Source of the DNA: Octopus sinensis
Lineage: Eukaryota
Assembly: GCF_006345805.1 (NCBI RefSeq)
Contig: NC_042998.1
Span: forward strand, 146,754,001 to 146,818,000
DNA length: 64,000 nt
Direction: 5' to 3'
The notes under the pieces were generated by a model. It did no database searches and was not told the DNA's origin. It was given only the letters and a program-made list of their open reading frames with translations. This document shows, piece by piece, positions 1 through 14,016 of the stretch; position 1 is the first letter of the stretch; the number at the start of each line of letters is the position of its first letter. The translations under genes were made by a program, and so were the position numbers.

Positions 1-552
1 ACTTGCCTCAACAGGTCTTCACAAGTAGGGTTATGTGTCTCTTCGCATCCAAAGTGAAGTGTGACAGAGAGGGGGTGGAGAAAGATGAACAATTTAAAAT
101 AAATATATTGTAATTGTTGTGTGAGAAAGTATATATACTATGATTATAAAATATAGTGTCTTTCAAAAACATCCTGAATATGAACACTATATCTTGTGTT
201 TAAGAAAAACAAAACATCTTATTTTTTTATGAACATCGTCACTTACTCTCTCTCACTTTGTCTTTCACATATTTTTTTGTTTAGACATTGTGAAATTCAC
301 TTTTCTTTATCTTTTTTTTTTTTTTGTAAGACGCCGTCAAAAAGCTATGACTGAAAATAGATTTTTACTGCTATCCGCAGGTGCCTTGGGAGAAAAATCA
401 GTTGACAAAACCCAGAGAGGGTGTTGACGAATGTCCTCCAAAAATTGGAACGACATGCGTGCTAATTTGTGGACGTGCATAAACTACAATCCCGTACAGA
501 CACACACACACATCATGCCTTTTATAGATACAGATATATATATATATATATA

Positions 553-843
553 TATCATCATCATCGTTTAGTGTCTGCTTTCCATGCTAGCATGGGTTGG
601 ACGGTTCAACTAGGGTCTGGGAAGCCAGAAGGCTACACCAGGCCCAGTCTGATCTGGCAATGTTTCTACGGCTGGATGCTCTTCCTAACGCCAACCACTC
701 CATGAGTGTAGTGGGTGCTTTTTACGTGCCAGACGAGTGTGGCAAACGGCCATGATCGGATGGTGCATTTTATGTGCCACCGGCACGGGGGCCAGGCGAG
801 GCTGGCAACGGCCATGAACGGATGGTGCTTTTTACGTGCCACT
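553..843 (-). mobile_element. RTE 3'-UTR fragment (heavily 5'-truncated copy)
   Basis: Reverse complement of the 16480-16700 tail, including the (GAT)n end. Confidence 0.85.
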
Positions 844-845
844 GA

Positions 846-878
<33 letters not shown>

Positions 879-1226
879 GATATACATAAAAAATATGGCT
901 AATATGAGCATAATGAGACACCCATATCCTGCATGGCCGAAACAGCTGTAAGATGTAGTTTATATTTATATTTGTATTTATTTATATTCACTTATACATA
1001 CCGTACTTATTGTATCATATTACTCTTTCATGTACATTGTTTTGTTCTATATTATTATGTTTGACCTTAATGTTCATATGTAGTGGTTTAATAAATTATG
1101 TGATTGGGTATTATCTGGTAGTTGATCATTGATGTATTTCTCCATTTTCTTATTTTGTATATGCATATATACATATGATATACATATAATATATATATAT
1201 ATATGATATGATATGATATACATATA

Positions 1227-1268
<42 letters not shown>

Positions 1269-1274
1269 ATGATA

Positions 1275-1310
<36 letters not shown>

Positions 1311-1312
1311 GA

Positions 1313-2477
1313 CTAGCAGTATCGCCCGGCGTTGCTCGGGTTGTAAGGGAAATAACTATATAAGCATTTTTAGAGAGTTATAGCCAAAAAATAGCAAAAA
1401 AATGCATTAAAAATTGAAAAAAAATTAAGGTAAATTTTTTTTTTAAATCGTTGACACATCGTAGATATTTTTAGAGAGTTACTTCCCTTATATAAAAGCG
1501 AAAAAATGCATTAAAATGGAAAAATATGATGGTAAATTTTTTTTAAATCGTAGACTCATGCTAATACCCAGAAGGGCTCGATATGAATCACGACTATAAG
1601 ATACCCGCTTTTGGTTAAACTGCACCGCAAAATGTGGGAGTAGTTACGAATCTAAATCGAAGGGGACAGACACACAACTTCACTCTTATATAAAGATGCT
1701 TTTTTTTTTCAGTCATAGAGTTAGATTTATGAAGGTCTTCAGTAGAAAATCCTTCGAATTCTGACTCGCTGCTTGATATAATGAAATTCGTATCCATTTT
1801 TTGTCAGAATTACAAATTTTGAAAACACAATAGGAACAAATTTCGGAAAAAAATCTCCCATAATTCACGGAATTAAAATTACACTTCGATTTTTGTACAA
1901 AACTGTAGTTGAAGTGTTTACGAAGTATAATACGTGTTTTCACGAATGTACTAAAGAGATTTACTCTGATATTCTCATTTAAATATGAATAGGTAAATTC
2001 GGGCGGTTTGGTAACGAAAGGGTTTATATAAGTGTCGTCTGTTTATACATAAACACTGTTTCATACTTTCAGTTTAGTCTTCCTCAAATCACTCTGTCGC
2101 TAATTTACTCTCTTCCAAGAACATTTTCACTCACTCTTATCTGTTAGCTTCCCATACATTTTACTCATGTATCTATCAGCGTGATAGACAGAAACAAATA
2201 TTACATCTAGTTTCACTTTATTCGTTGCACACTGTGTGTGTGCGTTTGCGTGTGCTGTAAACCAGACTAAGAAAAGCATTTGACACACACGCCAGAATGT
2301 GAGTTTTCTGTAAATTTTGCTTAATTGGAGTTTAAATTTTAAAAACTGGACCTGGCATGACCCGATGCATTCTACTCTTAAAAATGCTAGGTAAATTGTA
2401 ATTGAAGAAATCCTATATTGTAGATTTCTATAACTTACAAAGGGAGGCAGATAAAATCTGCCTTTTATAATAAGAGA
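1313..2477 (-). mobile_element. Non-autonomous Helitron, copy A
   Basis: On the minus strand it starts A|TCTCTTATTATAAAAGG at 2477 and ends with the hairpin CCCG-AGCAACGC-CGGG about 12 nt before the terminal CTAG|T (1313). It sits between A and T with no TSD, and its terminal segments are near-identical to copy B. Confidence 0.8.
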
Positions 2478-2500
2478 TATACATATAATATATATATGTA

Positions 2501-4221
2501 TCTCTTATTATAAAAGGCAGATATTATTATAAAAGGAGATATACATATAATATATATATGTATGTCTTATTATAAAAGGCAGATTTTATCTGCCTCCCTT
2601 TGTAAGTTATAGAAATCTACAATATAGGATTTCTTCAATTACAATTTACCTAGCATTTTTAAGAGTAGAATGCATCGGGTCATGCCAGGTCCAGTTTTTA
2701 AATTTAAACTCCAATTAAGCAAAATTTACAGAAAACTCACATTCTGGTGTGTATGTCAAATGCTTTTCTTAATGTGGTTTACACCACACGCACACACACA
2801 GTGTGCAACGAATAAAATGAAAGTAAATAGCGACAGAGTGATTTGAGGAAGACTAAACTGAAAGTATTTAAACCACTACTCAAAAAATAAAAAAAACACA
2901 GCAAACAGAAACAAATAAATACATAACGACTTACTCCTCACACAATTTCTTCAATTAGAGTGTACCCATGATTTTTCAGAGTACTTCAGTGGGTGATGCC
3001 ATAAAAAATTTCTTTTAATTTTACCACCAATTAAGACAAAATTCGAGAAAACTCAATATTTTAACATTTCACTCCGAAAGCATTGATGTACATGTACATG
3101 TGTGCGTGCGTGAGTGTGTGTGTGTCATTCCTCACACACACGCATACACATACATATATGAGAATTTCAAACAACTACATACAAACACGTGTGTGTTTGT
3201 TATTAGTAAAAAAGGCGCCAAAACACAACTCACTTATCATTCCAACACATTTGCAAAGACACACGGACGGTGGAATTGCTATAACAATACAGAAAAGGTA
3301 AATTGGTTTTTATTTTACTCTGTATATATTTTATTATATAATTATAATAAGAGATATTATATATAGATATATGTATATATAATTGCAGTATGAAACAGTG
3401 TTTATGTATAAACAGACGACACTTATATATAGTTATTATGATAAGAGATTAATAAATGTATGCATCCGTTTAACCCTTTCGTTACCAAACCGCCCGAATT
3501 TACCTATTCATATTTAAATGAGAATATCAGAGTAAATCTCTTTAGTACATTCGTGAAAACACGTATTATACTTCGTAAACACTTCAACTACAGTTTTGTA
3601 CAAAAATCGAAGTGTAATTTTAATTCCGTGAATTATGGGAGATTTTTTTCCGAAATTTGTTCCTATTGTGTTTTCAAAATTTGTAATTCTGACAAAAAAT
3701 GGATACGAATTTCATTATATCAAGCAGCGAGTCAGAATTCGAAGGATTTTCTACTGAAATCTAACTCTATGATTTTCTACTGAAATCTAACTCATAAATC
3801 TAACTCTATGACTGAAAAAAAAAAGCATCTTTATATAAGAGTGAAGTTGTGTGTCTGTCTCCTACGATTTAGATTCGTAACTACTCCCACATTTTGCGGT
3901 GCAGTTTAACCAAAACCGGGTATCTTATAGACGTGATTCATATCGAGCCCTTCTGGGTATTAGCGCGCGTCTACGATGAGTCTACGATTTAAAAAAAATT
4001 TACCATCATATTTTTCCATTTTAATGCATTTTTTTCGCTTTTATATAAGGGAAGTAACTCTCTAAAAATATCTACGATGTGTCAACGATTTAAAAAAAAT
4101 TTACCTTGATTTTTTTTCAATTTTTAATGCATTTTTTTGCTATTTTTTGGCTATAACTCTCTAAAAATGCTTATATAGTTATTTCCCTTACAACCCGAGC
4201 AACGCCGGGCGATACTGCTAG
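2501..4221 (+). mobile_element. Non-autonomous Helitron, copy B (duplicated 5' end, internal insertion)
   Basis: Starts A|TCTCTTATTATAAAAGGCAG at 2501, repeated at about 2563. Ends CCCGAGCAACGCCGGG-CGATACTG-CTAG|T at 4221. It is an inverted copy of 1313-2477 with about 520 bp extra at roughly 2868-3385. Confidence 0.8.
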
Positions 4222-4484
4222 TATATATATATATATGATATACATATAATATATATATATGTATATATATATATGATATACATATAATATATATATATAT
4301 GATATACATATAAAATATATATATATATATATATATGATATACATATAATATATATATATATATATATGATATACATATAATATATATATATATATGATA
4401 TACATATAAATATATATATATATATATGATATACTATATATATATATATATATATATATGATATACATATAATATATATATATA

Positions 4485-4522
<38 letters not shown>

Positions 4523-4688
4523 TGATATACATATAATATATATATATATGATATACATATAATATATATATATTATATATATGATATACATATATATATA
4601 TATATATGATTATACATATAATATATATATATATATATATATGATATACATATATATATATATATGATATACATATTATATATATATA

Positions 4689-4742
<54 letters not shown>
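4222..4742. repeat. TGATATACATATAA(TA)n minisatellite
   Basis: Same unit as 1165-1310 and 10110-12950. Confidence 0.9.
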
Positions 4743-4748
<6 letters not shown>

Positions 4749-6514
4749 TTAGATAAAACTTAGATATGCTTCGACCAGAGATTGGTCCAGGCCATGTCTA
4801 ACTTAATAGCACCACCTGATAGGATTATTCGAATCCTGTTTAAGTCAAGTTTTGTTCAAGTAGTGAGTTCTTGTTGGGTGAGTTGTATCCAATTATGGGT
4901 GGCTTATCTGGTATTCTTTGAAGGAATCTATCCAGACTCTGTTTAAAGTTGATGGGATCCTTTTCCTCTTTGATCTCCCTTGGGACAATGTTAAATAGGG
5001 CAGGGCCTGTTGAGGAAAAGAAATTATGTTGCAGTGTACATGTATGTTGTGATCTTGAATTTGGCAGGGGACGTATAGCCCGTGGTCCAAGTCTTGGATG
5101 AACCTTGAAGCTAATGTGTAGGTCATTTGGGCAAAGTTGACGGTATATTTTCCACATCGTACAAATGATGTACCGCTCAAGGCGACGCTGGAGGGAGTAA
5201 AGTTTCAAGGCTTTAAGGCGATCCCAATAATCGAGAGCAGCCATGCCTTCAATTTGTTTAGTGAGAGCCCTCTGGGGTGACTCAATTCTGGAGATGTTTT
5301 GTCTTGTGTGAGGAGACCACAGTGGGCAGCAGTATTCAAGGTGTGGCCGTACAAAGGAGGAAAAAAGTGGTATGATGACACCTTGTTCTCTGGACCGGAA
5401 AGTTCTTAAGATCCAGGAACTCATCCTACGAGCTATATCTTGTTGATGTGTGCACTCCAACTGAGATCGTCATCAACAATTACACCCAGGTCTCTGATAT
5501 TGTTAGAGGCTGTGAGCGGTTCCCCTGAAGGAAGAGAGTATGGTTGTTTTAGTGAGGAATTTCTTCCAAAATGCATCAGCTCAAATTTTCCCTCATTCAG
5601 TTGCATTTTGTTTCTGGCTGCCCATTGACTCACAGCATATAGATCAGACTGGAGTTGAGTTCGGTCTGCTTCTTCATTGACGATTTGCTGGAGCTTAGTG
5701 TCATCAGCGAATATTTTCACTTTGCAGTGATGTACGACACTGGAAAGGTCGTTTACGTAAATTATGAAGAGTAGCGGGAACACCACTGGTGACTTTTGCT
5801 GGGTTTGAGTGGACTCCATCAACTACAACATGTTGTGTTCTATTTGCCAGGAAATACTGAATCCAGTGTAGAACTTTTCCACGGATTCCAACATTTGCCA
5901 ATTTTGAGAGTAGGATGTTATGGTCTACCCTGTCGAACGCTTTACTGAAGTCAAGATATATGACGTCAGAGTTCGAACCTGTTCCCAAGGCTTTGAGTAC
6001 ATCTTCAATGTGGTGTAAGAGCTGTGTTAGACAGTCCCTGCCACAGCGAAAGCCATGCTGATTTGAATTTAGGAGTTTGTGGGTCTCCAGGAAGTCAGCT
6101 ATCCTTGATCTTAACACTCTTTCAAACACTTTAATGATGTGGGAGGTGAGTGAGATTGGGCGATAGTTGACTGCGAGGGATCTGTTTCCCTGTTTGAAAA
6201 CCGGGATAGAAACTGTTTCGGTATATAACCTGCGTCTAACGAGTTTCTCCAGAGGTTGGTCAGAGGGACTGCAAGTTGATATCTACATTCCTTCAGGAGA
6301 CTAGTGGGAAATCTATCAGGGCCTACAGCAGAGTAATGTTTGACCTCATTTATTGCTGCTACGATGTCGGTGGCAGTGAAGGTTATGTCTGTGATTTTGT
6401 GTTGGGAGTCAACTTCGTTCGTTTCCCTCACGTCAATATCAGTGGGAACACTGAAGACAGAGCAGTATTGTTTCTGCAGTATTTCTGCCATTTCTTTAGC
6501 ATCGTGTTGGGGAA
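4743..6514 (-). mobile_element. 5'-truncated CR1/L2-group LINE with frameshifted RT ORF2
   Basis: Overlapping minus-strand ORFs contain NQHGFR, VIYLDFSKAFDRVDH, VTSGVP, IFADDTK, IRDLGV and LFSSFVRPHLEYCCPLWSP. The 3' end carries a tandem ATCTAAGTTTT tail at 4743-4766. Confidence 0.9.
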
Positions 6515-6539
6515 TGATATACATATAATATATATATAT

Positions 6540-9500
6540 ATCATCATCATCATCATCATCGTTTAACGTCTGTTTTCCGCGCTAGCACGGGTTGGACGGT
6601 TCGACCGGGGTCTGGGAAGCCAGGGGCCGCTCCAGGCTCCAGTCTGATTTGGCAGAGTTTCTACGGCTGGATGCCTTCCTAACGCCAACCACTCCGTGAG
6701 TGGATTGGGTGCTTTTTACGTGCCACCTGCACAGGCCGGGGGGTCCGGCATTGGTCGCGATCGGTTCGAGCTTTTAACGTGCCAGTGGCACGGGGGCAAC
6801 TGGGTCCGGGGTACTTTGGGGATCCGGGGTACTTTGAATGGGTAGGGGGTATGTGGAATTGCTGCAGAAAGCAGCCCGGGTCTTTGCAGTCACAGCATAT
6901 CTCCAGAGATCTCGGTCTTTCGCCATTGCCTCAGTGAGGCCCAATGCTCTGAGGTCATGCTTGAATACCTCATCCCATGTCTTCCTGGGTCTACCTCTCC
7001 CCCTGATACCTTCAACTGTTTGGGAGTGGCACTTCTTCACACATCTCTCTTCATCCATCCGCAGCACATGACCATACCATCGCAAGCGTCGCTCTTGCAC
7101 ACCACATCTGATGCTTCTTATATCCAGCATTTCTCTTAGGATGCTTACACTCTGTCTTGCGTGCACACTGACACTACACATCCAGCGGATCATGCTAGCT
7201 TCATTTCTTTCAAGTCTACGCATGTCCTCTGCAGTCACTGCCCATGTTTCATTACCGTGAAGCATGGCAGTTCGCACACATGCATCATACAATCTACCTT
7301 TCGCTCTGAGGGAGAGACCTTTTGTTGCCAGTAGGGGTAGGAGCTTTCTGAACTTTGCCCAGGCTATTCGTATTCTAGTGGTGATACTCTCTGTGCATCC
7401 ACCTCCGCTACTAACTTGGTCACCCAGGTAGCGGAAACTATCAACTACTTCTAGTTTCTCTCCCTGGAGTGTGATGGAATCTGTTTTCTGAGTGTCTGTT
7501 GTGTCTATTGTCCCTGTGCATCTGCCGCACATGAAAGCTATCTTATCTGTTAATTTCCCTTTAATGTTGCTGCACCTCTTATGTGTCTATAACTTACATT
7601 GGGTGCATCTTATGGAGTTTCTACCTGTACCTTTCCTACAGATTGAGCAGGGCCACCTACCCGAGGGGGTGTGTGCTGAGTACCTCTTGCTGCTTACTAA
7701 TACTTTGGTCTTTGCTACATTTATTCTAAGGCCCTTTGATTCCAACCCTTGCTTCACACCCGAAATTTCTCTTCTAGTTCCGGTAGTGATTCTGCTATGA
7801 GAGCTAGGTCATCGGCATAGAGGAGCTCCCAGGGGCATCCCGTTTTGAATTCCTCTGTTATTGCCTGAAGGACTATGATGAATAAAAGGGGACTGAGGGC
7901 TGAGCTCTGGTGCACACCTACTTCTCTACCCGGAATTCTTCACTATATTCGTTGCCAATCCTAACCTTGCTGACAGCCTCTCTGTATAGAGCCTGTACAG
8001 CCCTTATTAGCCATTCTTCAATCTCCAGTTTCCGCATCGACCACCAGATGAGGGAACGGGGAACCCTGTCAAAGGCTTTCTCCAAGTCTACAAAAGCTAT
8101 GTAGAGGGTTTATCTTTAGCTAGGTACTTCTCCTCCAGTTGTCGGACCAGGAATATAGCATCAGTGGTGCTTCTACCTGGTACAAAACCGAACTGCATTT
8201 CATCTAAAACAATTCTCTCCCTAATGAGATGGGTTATGACCTTCTCTGAGACCTCATCACCAACAGTTTGATACCTCTGTAGTTATTTCTATCTAGAGCA
8301 TCACCCTACACCTTGTAGCAGTTGACTATGGTGCTGCTGCACCAGTCATTGGGTATGACTCCATTGTGAACTACCTGGTTTTACAATGCGGGTGACTATG
8401 GTATAGCCCACATAGCCAGCTGTTTTAAGCATCTCAGCAGTGATTCCTGATAGGCCAGGGGCTTTGCCTGGTTTCATATCCTTAATTGCCTTATCTACAA
8501 GGGAGCTGTCTATTCGGGTAGCTGGTCCCTCTACTGGGTCAACATTGGCAGGCTCTCCTCCTCCCATTCATTCTCCTCATTCAGCAGTCTTTCATAATGG
8601 CTTCTCCAAGCCTCTTTCTTTTCACTAGCAGTAAAAGCAAGTGCCCCATCATCCATGCGGACACATTTCTCTCCTATAACATCACTATTTTCTCTGACAC
8701 ACTGTCTGGCAATCCGAAATACTTCAGCTCTTTGATCCTCGCGTCGCTGGACATTGGCAAACTTCTTCTTTTCTGCTACGTCTTTGGCTATGTATACCTG
8801 CCGCCCAGCCCCTTTTGGCTATCTGGTACAGTTCCCTGCTGCCCCCATCCTTCCAGGCTTTCCAGGCCCATCTCTTTTTACAGATGGCTTTATCTACTGC
8901 ACTATTCCACCACCACGTAATTCTAGGTCTGGAAGGGACTTTGCACATCCACAGACTCGGTCTGTGGCACTCAGCAAGCTGTCCCGTAGGAATTCCCAGC
9001 TACCTCTATGTCTGACGTCTGAAGCTCCTCCTCCCTCTCATCAAATTTTTGATGAGTATGTCCCTAAATTTCTGACCATGTGAAGGGTTCTTTAGCCTCC
9101 AAATCCTTCTTTTCTGGATTGGTTTGTTTCTTGGAGTCCTTCTGGCCTCAAGCTTAAAGTCACTGATGATTAGTCTATGCTGAGGGATACATTCTTCACC
9201 CGGGAGGGTCTTTGTATTCAAGAGCAACCCTGCATCCGCTGTCTGGTGAGGATGAAGTCTATTTGGCTAGCAGAGTCTCCTGACTGATAAGTTATAAGGT
9301 GGCAGACTGCTTCTTGAAGTTAGTTAGTGTTGCAGATTGAAAGGTTACATGCATCACAGAATTCCAGCAGTCTAGTTTCCCTTCATTTCTGGTGCCAATA
9401 CCATAGCCACCATGTACCCCAGTGAAGATACCGATTCCCGCCCAACATGCCCATTAAAGTCTCCACCTACAAAGATGAGGTCCTTGCTATAGTCTTTGAA

Positions 9501-10110
9501 GTAGCCTGCAGAAGCCCATCAAAAAGTTGTCTTCTGATCATTTGGTAGTCCCGCTTGTGGGGCATAGGCGGAGATAATCATAGCTGTGCCACTCTGTAGG
9601 ACCAACCTGAGCTTAAGCACTCTATCGCAAACCCTGACAACCTCTATGACTTCATCCACCCATTTCTCCGCAAGGAGAATGCCTACACCCCCTACACCTT
9701 CCACGTTACCTTGCCAGAAGAGTTTGTACCTAAGTGCTTGCCCGTGAGGACCCTAGCCGAAGCACCTCTCCATTTACCTCTGTATGCAGCATACATCAAC
9801 CTGTTCTTCTCTAGCTCTCTACAATCTCACTAGACTTGCCTGTCAATGTACCAACATTGATAGTGCCAACTCTGAAAACAGGGAGGAGATGTGGGGGGGA
9901 AGGGGGTGGAAATTCAGCGCCTGAGAAGAGGAGGGTGGGTGGGTGGTGTGATAGTTTTCGTAGCATTTTCTTTTGATCTCTCTTCCGACCTGTCCACGCG
10001 GTGGACAGGAGCTGGTGTTAGCAGTGGACATCGATATCGTCACTGAGGAACGTAATTAGGTAGCGTAGTAAGGAGGAAAAATACAGATATTCTAGAGTTG
10101 AGTTGGACAA
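6540..10110 (-). mobile_element. Near full-length RTE-clade LINE with disrupted EN-RT ORF
   Basis: APE start FRVGTINVGTLTGKS (about 9870), GVGILLAEKW, QHRLIISDF, TWWWN, GKAPG, ELLYADD, a Cys-rich finger, LEVVDSFRYLG and RGRGRPRKTW. It has a 3' UTR and (GAT)n tail at 6540-6560, with many stops and frameshifts. Confidence 0.92.
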
Positions 10111-12546
10111 TATATAGATATTATATATATATATATATGATATACATAATATCTATATATATATATGATATCCATATAATATATATATATATATGATACC
10201 ATATACATATATATATATATATTATTTATATATATATATGATATACATATAATAATATATATATATATATATATATATGATATACATATTAATATATATT
10301 ATATATATATTATATATATATATTGATATACATATATATATATATATATAATATGATATACATATAATATAGATATATATACTATGATATACACATATAA
10401 TATATTTATATATATATATCATATATATTATGATATACATATTATTATAGATATATTATAGAATACATACGATTATTTATATATATAAGGGCGGTGCCCC
10501 AGCATGGCCTCAGCGGCTGGCTGCAAACAAGTAAAAGAGTAAAAGAGTATTATATAGGATTAGAAGAATATAAAAATATCGATAGAGATACTTATATATA
10601 TATAGATATATATAAATATATATATACCCTATAAATATAACTATATATATATATATAGTATATATATAGTATATATATATCGAATATACATACTATCATA
10701 TAATTATTAGTTATATATCGATATATATATAATATATATGATTATACATATAATATATATATATATATAATAGATATATATAATATATATATGATATACA
10801 TCTATATATATTATATATATATAGTATTTATATATATATTATATATATATGATTCATATATTAGATATATATATAGATATATCATATATATATATAATGA
10901 TATATATTATATATGATATCATTATAGATATATGTATATCTTCATATATTTTTTATATTTTGGATTTTATGATATTATATTTTTGCGATATTATATTTTT
11001 TGTATAACTTTATGCTACTCATATCTCTAAAACTAATTTACTTATATCTCAATCACGCACATCCGATACCGCCGGGCGATACTATGCTAATATATATTAT
11101 ATGATAGAGTATAATATATAATATTATAATATAGATATATATATATGATATAGCTATAGATGTTACCGATATATATATGATATAATACAATATATTATAT
11201 ATATATATGATATTCTATATATAGATCCTTTATCCCATCCTTGTTTACCCTATAATAATATATACATATAATATATCATTATATAATATGATATACATAT
11301 AAATATATATATATATATATATTATAATATATATATATATATGATATATATATGATATATATATGATATACATATGATATAGATGCTATACATATGATAG
11401 ACATATAATATATATATGATATACATATATATTATATGACATCAACATATATATTAATACATTATATATATAATAGATATATATATATATATATATATCC
11501 TATATGCTATATAAATATGATATACATATATGATATATATATATGATATATATACATATGATATACTATATATACATATATACATAATATATATATATGA
11601 TAATACATATATATATAATACATATATAACTATATGATTATATATATATATATATGATATTACAGATAATATATATATCTGATGATTATATATATATGAT
11701 ATGATTGATTGATTGATTCAGTTTCAGCTTATGAGCTGTGGCCATGCTGGGGCACCGCCTAATTATATTATTCATACATATATATGATATATATATATAT
11801 ATGATATACATATAATTATGATATATATATATATATATATGATATACATATAATATATATTATTATAGATGATATACATATAATATATATATATATATAT
11901 GATATACAATATATATATATATATAGATATGATATACATATAATATATATATATATATATGATATACATATAATATATATATCGATATGATATACATATA
12001 CTATATATATATAATATATGATATACATATAATATATATATATATATATGATATACATATAATATATATATATATATTGATTATACATAGATATATATAT
12101 ATGATATACATATATATATATACATATATATGATATACATATATATATATATATTATGAGATACATATATATTATATTATGATATACATATTATATAATA
12201 TATATATATGATATACATATATATTATAAATATATATATGATATACATATATATATATTATATGATATACATATATATATATATGAATAACATATTATAT
12301 ATATATACATATATATGATATACATTTATATATTATATATAACATATATAGATATAACATATATATATATATATATATATATGATAGTACATAATATATA
12401 TATATATGATATACATATATATAATAATATATGATATACATATATATATATATAGGATATACATATATATATATTGAGATAACATATATAGATATATAGA
12501 TTATACATATATATATATATATGAGATAACATATAATATATATATG

Positions 12547-12585
<39 letters not shown>

Positions 12586-13087
12586 ATACATATGATATAT
12601 ATATATATATATATACATGATATACATGATATATATATATATATATATGGAGATATACATATATATAATATAATATAACATATATATATATATATACATA
12701 TGGGAGATATGATTCTACAGATAGACTATATATATATATGATTTATACATATATAAATATCATATACAGAGATTTATAGATAAACATATATATATATGAT
12801 TACATATATATATTATATATGATATACATAGATATATATATATATATGATATACATATATTTATATATATATGATAACATATATATTATATATGTATATA
12901 TATGATGATACATATATATATCATATAGAGATATATATATATATATATATATGATATCATATATAATATTATTACATATATATATATCATATATATATAT
13001 ATATACATTATATATATTAATTATATATATATATATACATATATATATATCTCAATATATTATACATATATATATATATATATTAAA

Positions 13088-13141
<54 letters not shown>

Positions 13142-13144
13142 CAC

Positions 13145-13177
<33 letters not shown>

Positions 13178-13180
13178 CAC

Positions 13181-13214
<34 letters not shown>

Positions 13215-13277
13215 TACACATATATTATATAGACATATATATATAATCTATACCATATATATATATATACAGATATA

Positions 13278-13308
<31 letters not shown>

Positions 13309-13754
13309 TATTATATATATATATAATATATATACATATATATAATATACATATATATATACATATATTACATATATTAACATATATCTATATATATATT
13401 ATTACCTATATATATACATATTATATTATACATATATATATATACTATTATCTATATATTATATATACATATATATCTATACATATATATCTATACATAT
13501 ATATCCATATCTATATACTATACATATTATCCATACCATAATACATATATATACATTATATATACAAATATATATCTATACATATATATACCTACATATA
13601 TAATAAGCATATATATACTTATATAATATATATATATATATACTATACCTACTATATATATATATATATATTATATATATACATAGATATATTATATATA
13701 TACATATATATACATATCTATAACAATTATATATAAATATAACATATATATAGA

Positions 13755-13785
<31 letters not shown>

Positions 13786-13899
13786 ACATATATATAATCA
13801 TATAATACATATATATATAACCATTTTTATATATTATATATACATTTTATATATACATATAATAATATACATAATATATATATACATATATATATATAC

Positions 13900-13941
<42 letters not shown>

Positions 13942-14015
13942 ATTACATATATAATATATATATATATATCATATATATATATATATATTATATATTATAT
14001 ATATATATATTATAT
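10110..14015. repeat. TA-rich compound satellite, (TA)n with TGATATACATATAA units; noisy consensus
   Basis: About 3.9 kb of almost pure A/T with recurring TGATATACAT or TACAT interruptions. It contains SINE tail fragments (10488-10548, 11717-11760) and a garbled Helitron 3' end (about 10960-11090). Confidence 0.95.
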
Positions 14016-14016
14016 G

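Noticed and set aside
1313-4221. Single large TIR/foldback transposon
   Set aside because: Each half has its own Helitron 5'-TC and hairpin-CTAG-3' termini with A|T insertion, so two elements explain it better.
10222-13770. Many Y/I-rich ORFs (also at 1088, 4151, 21566, 40122 and 41048)
   Set aside because: They are translations of (TA)n microsatellite and not proteins.
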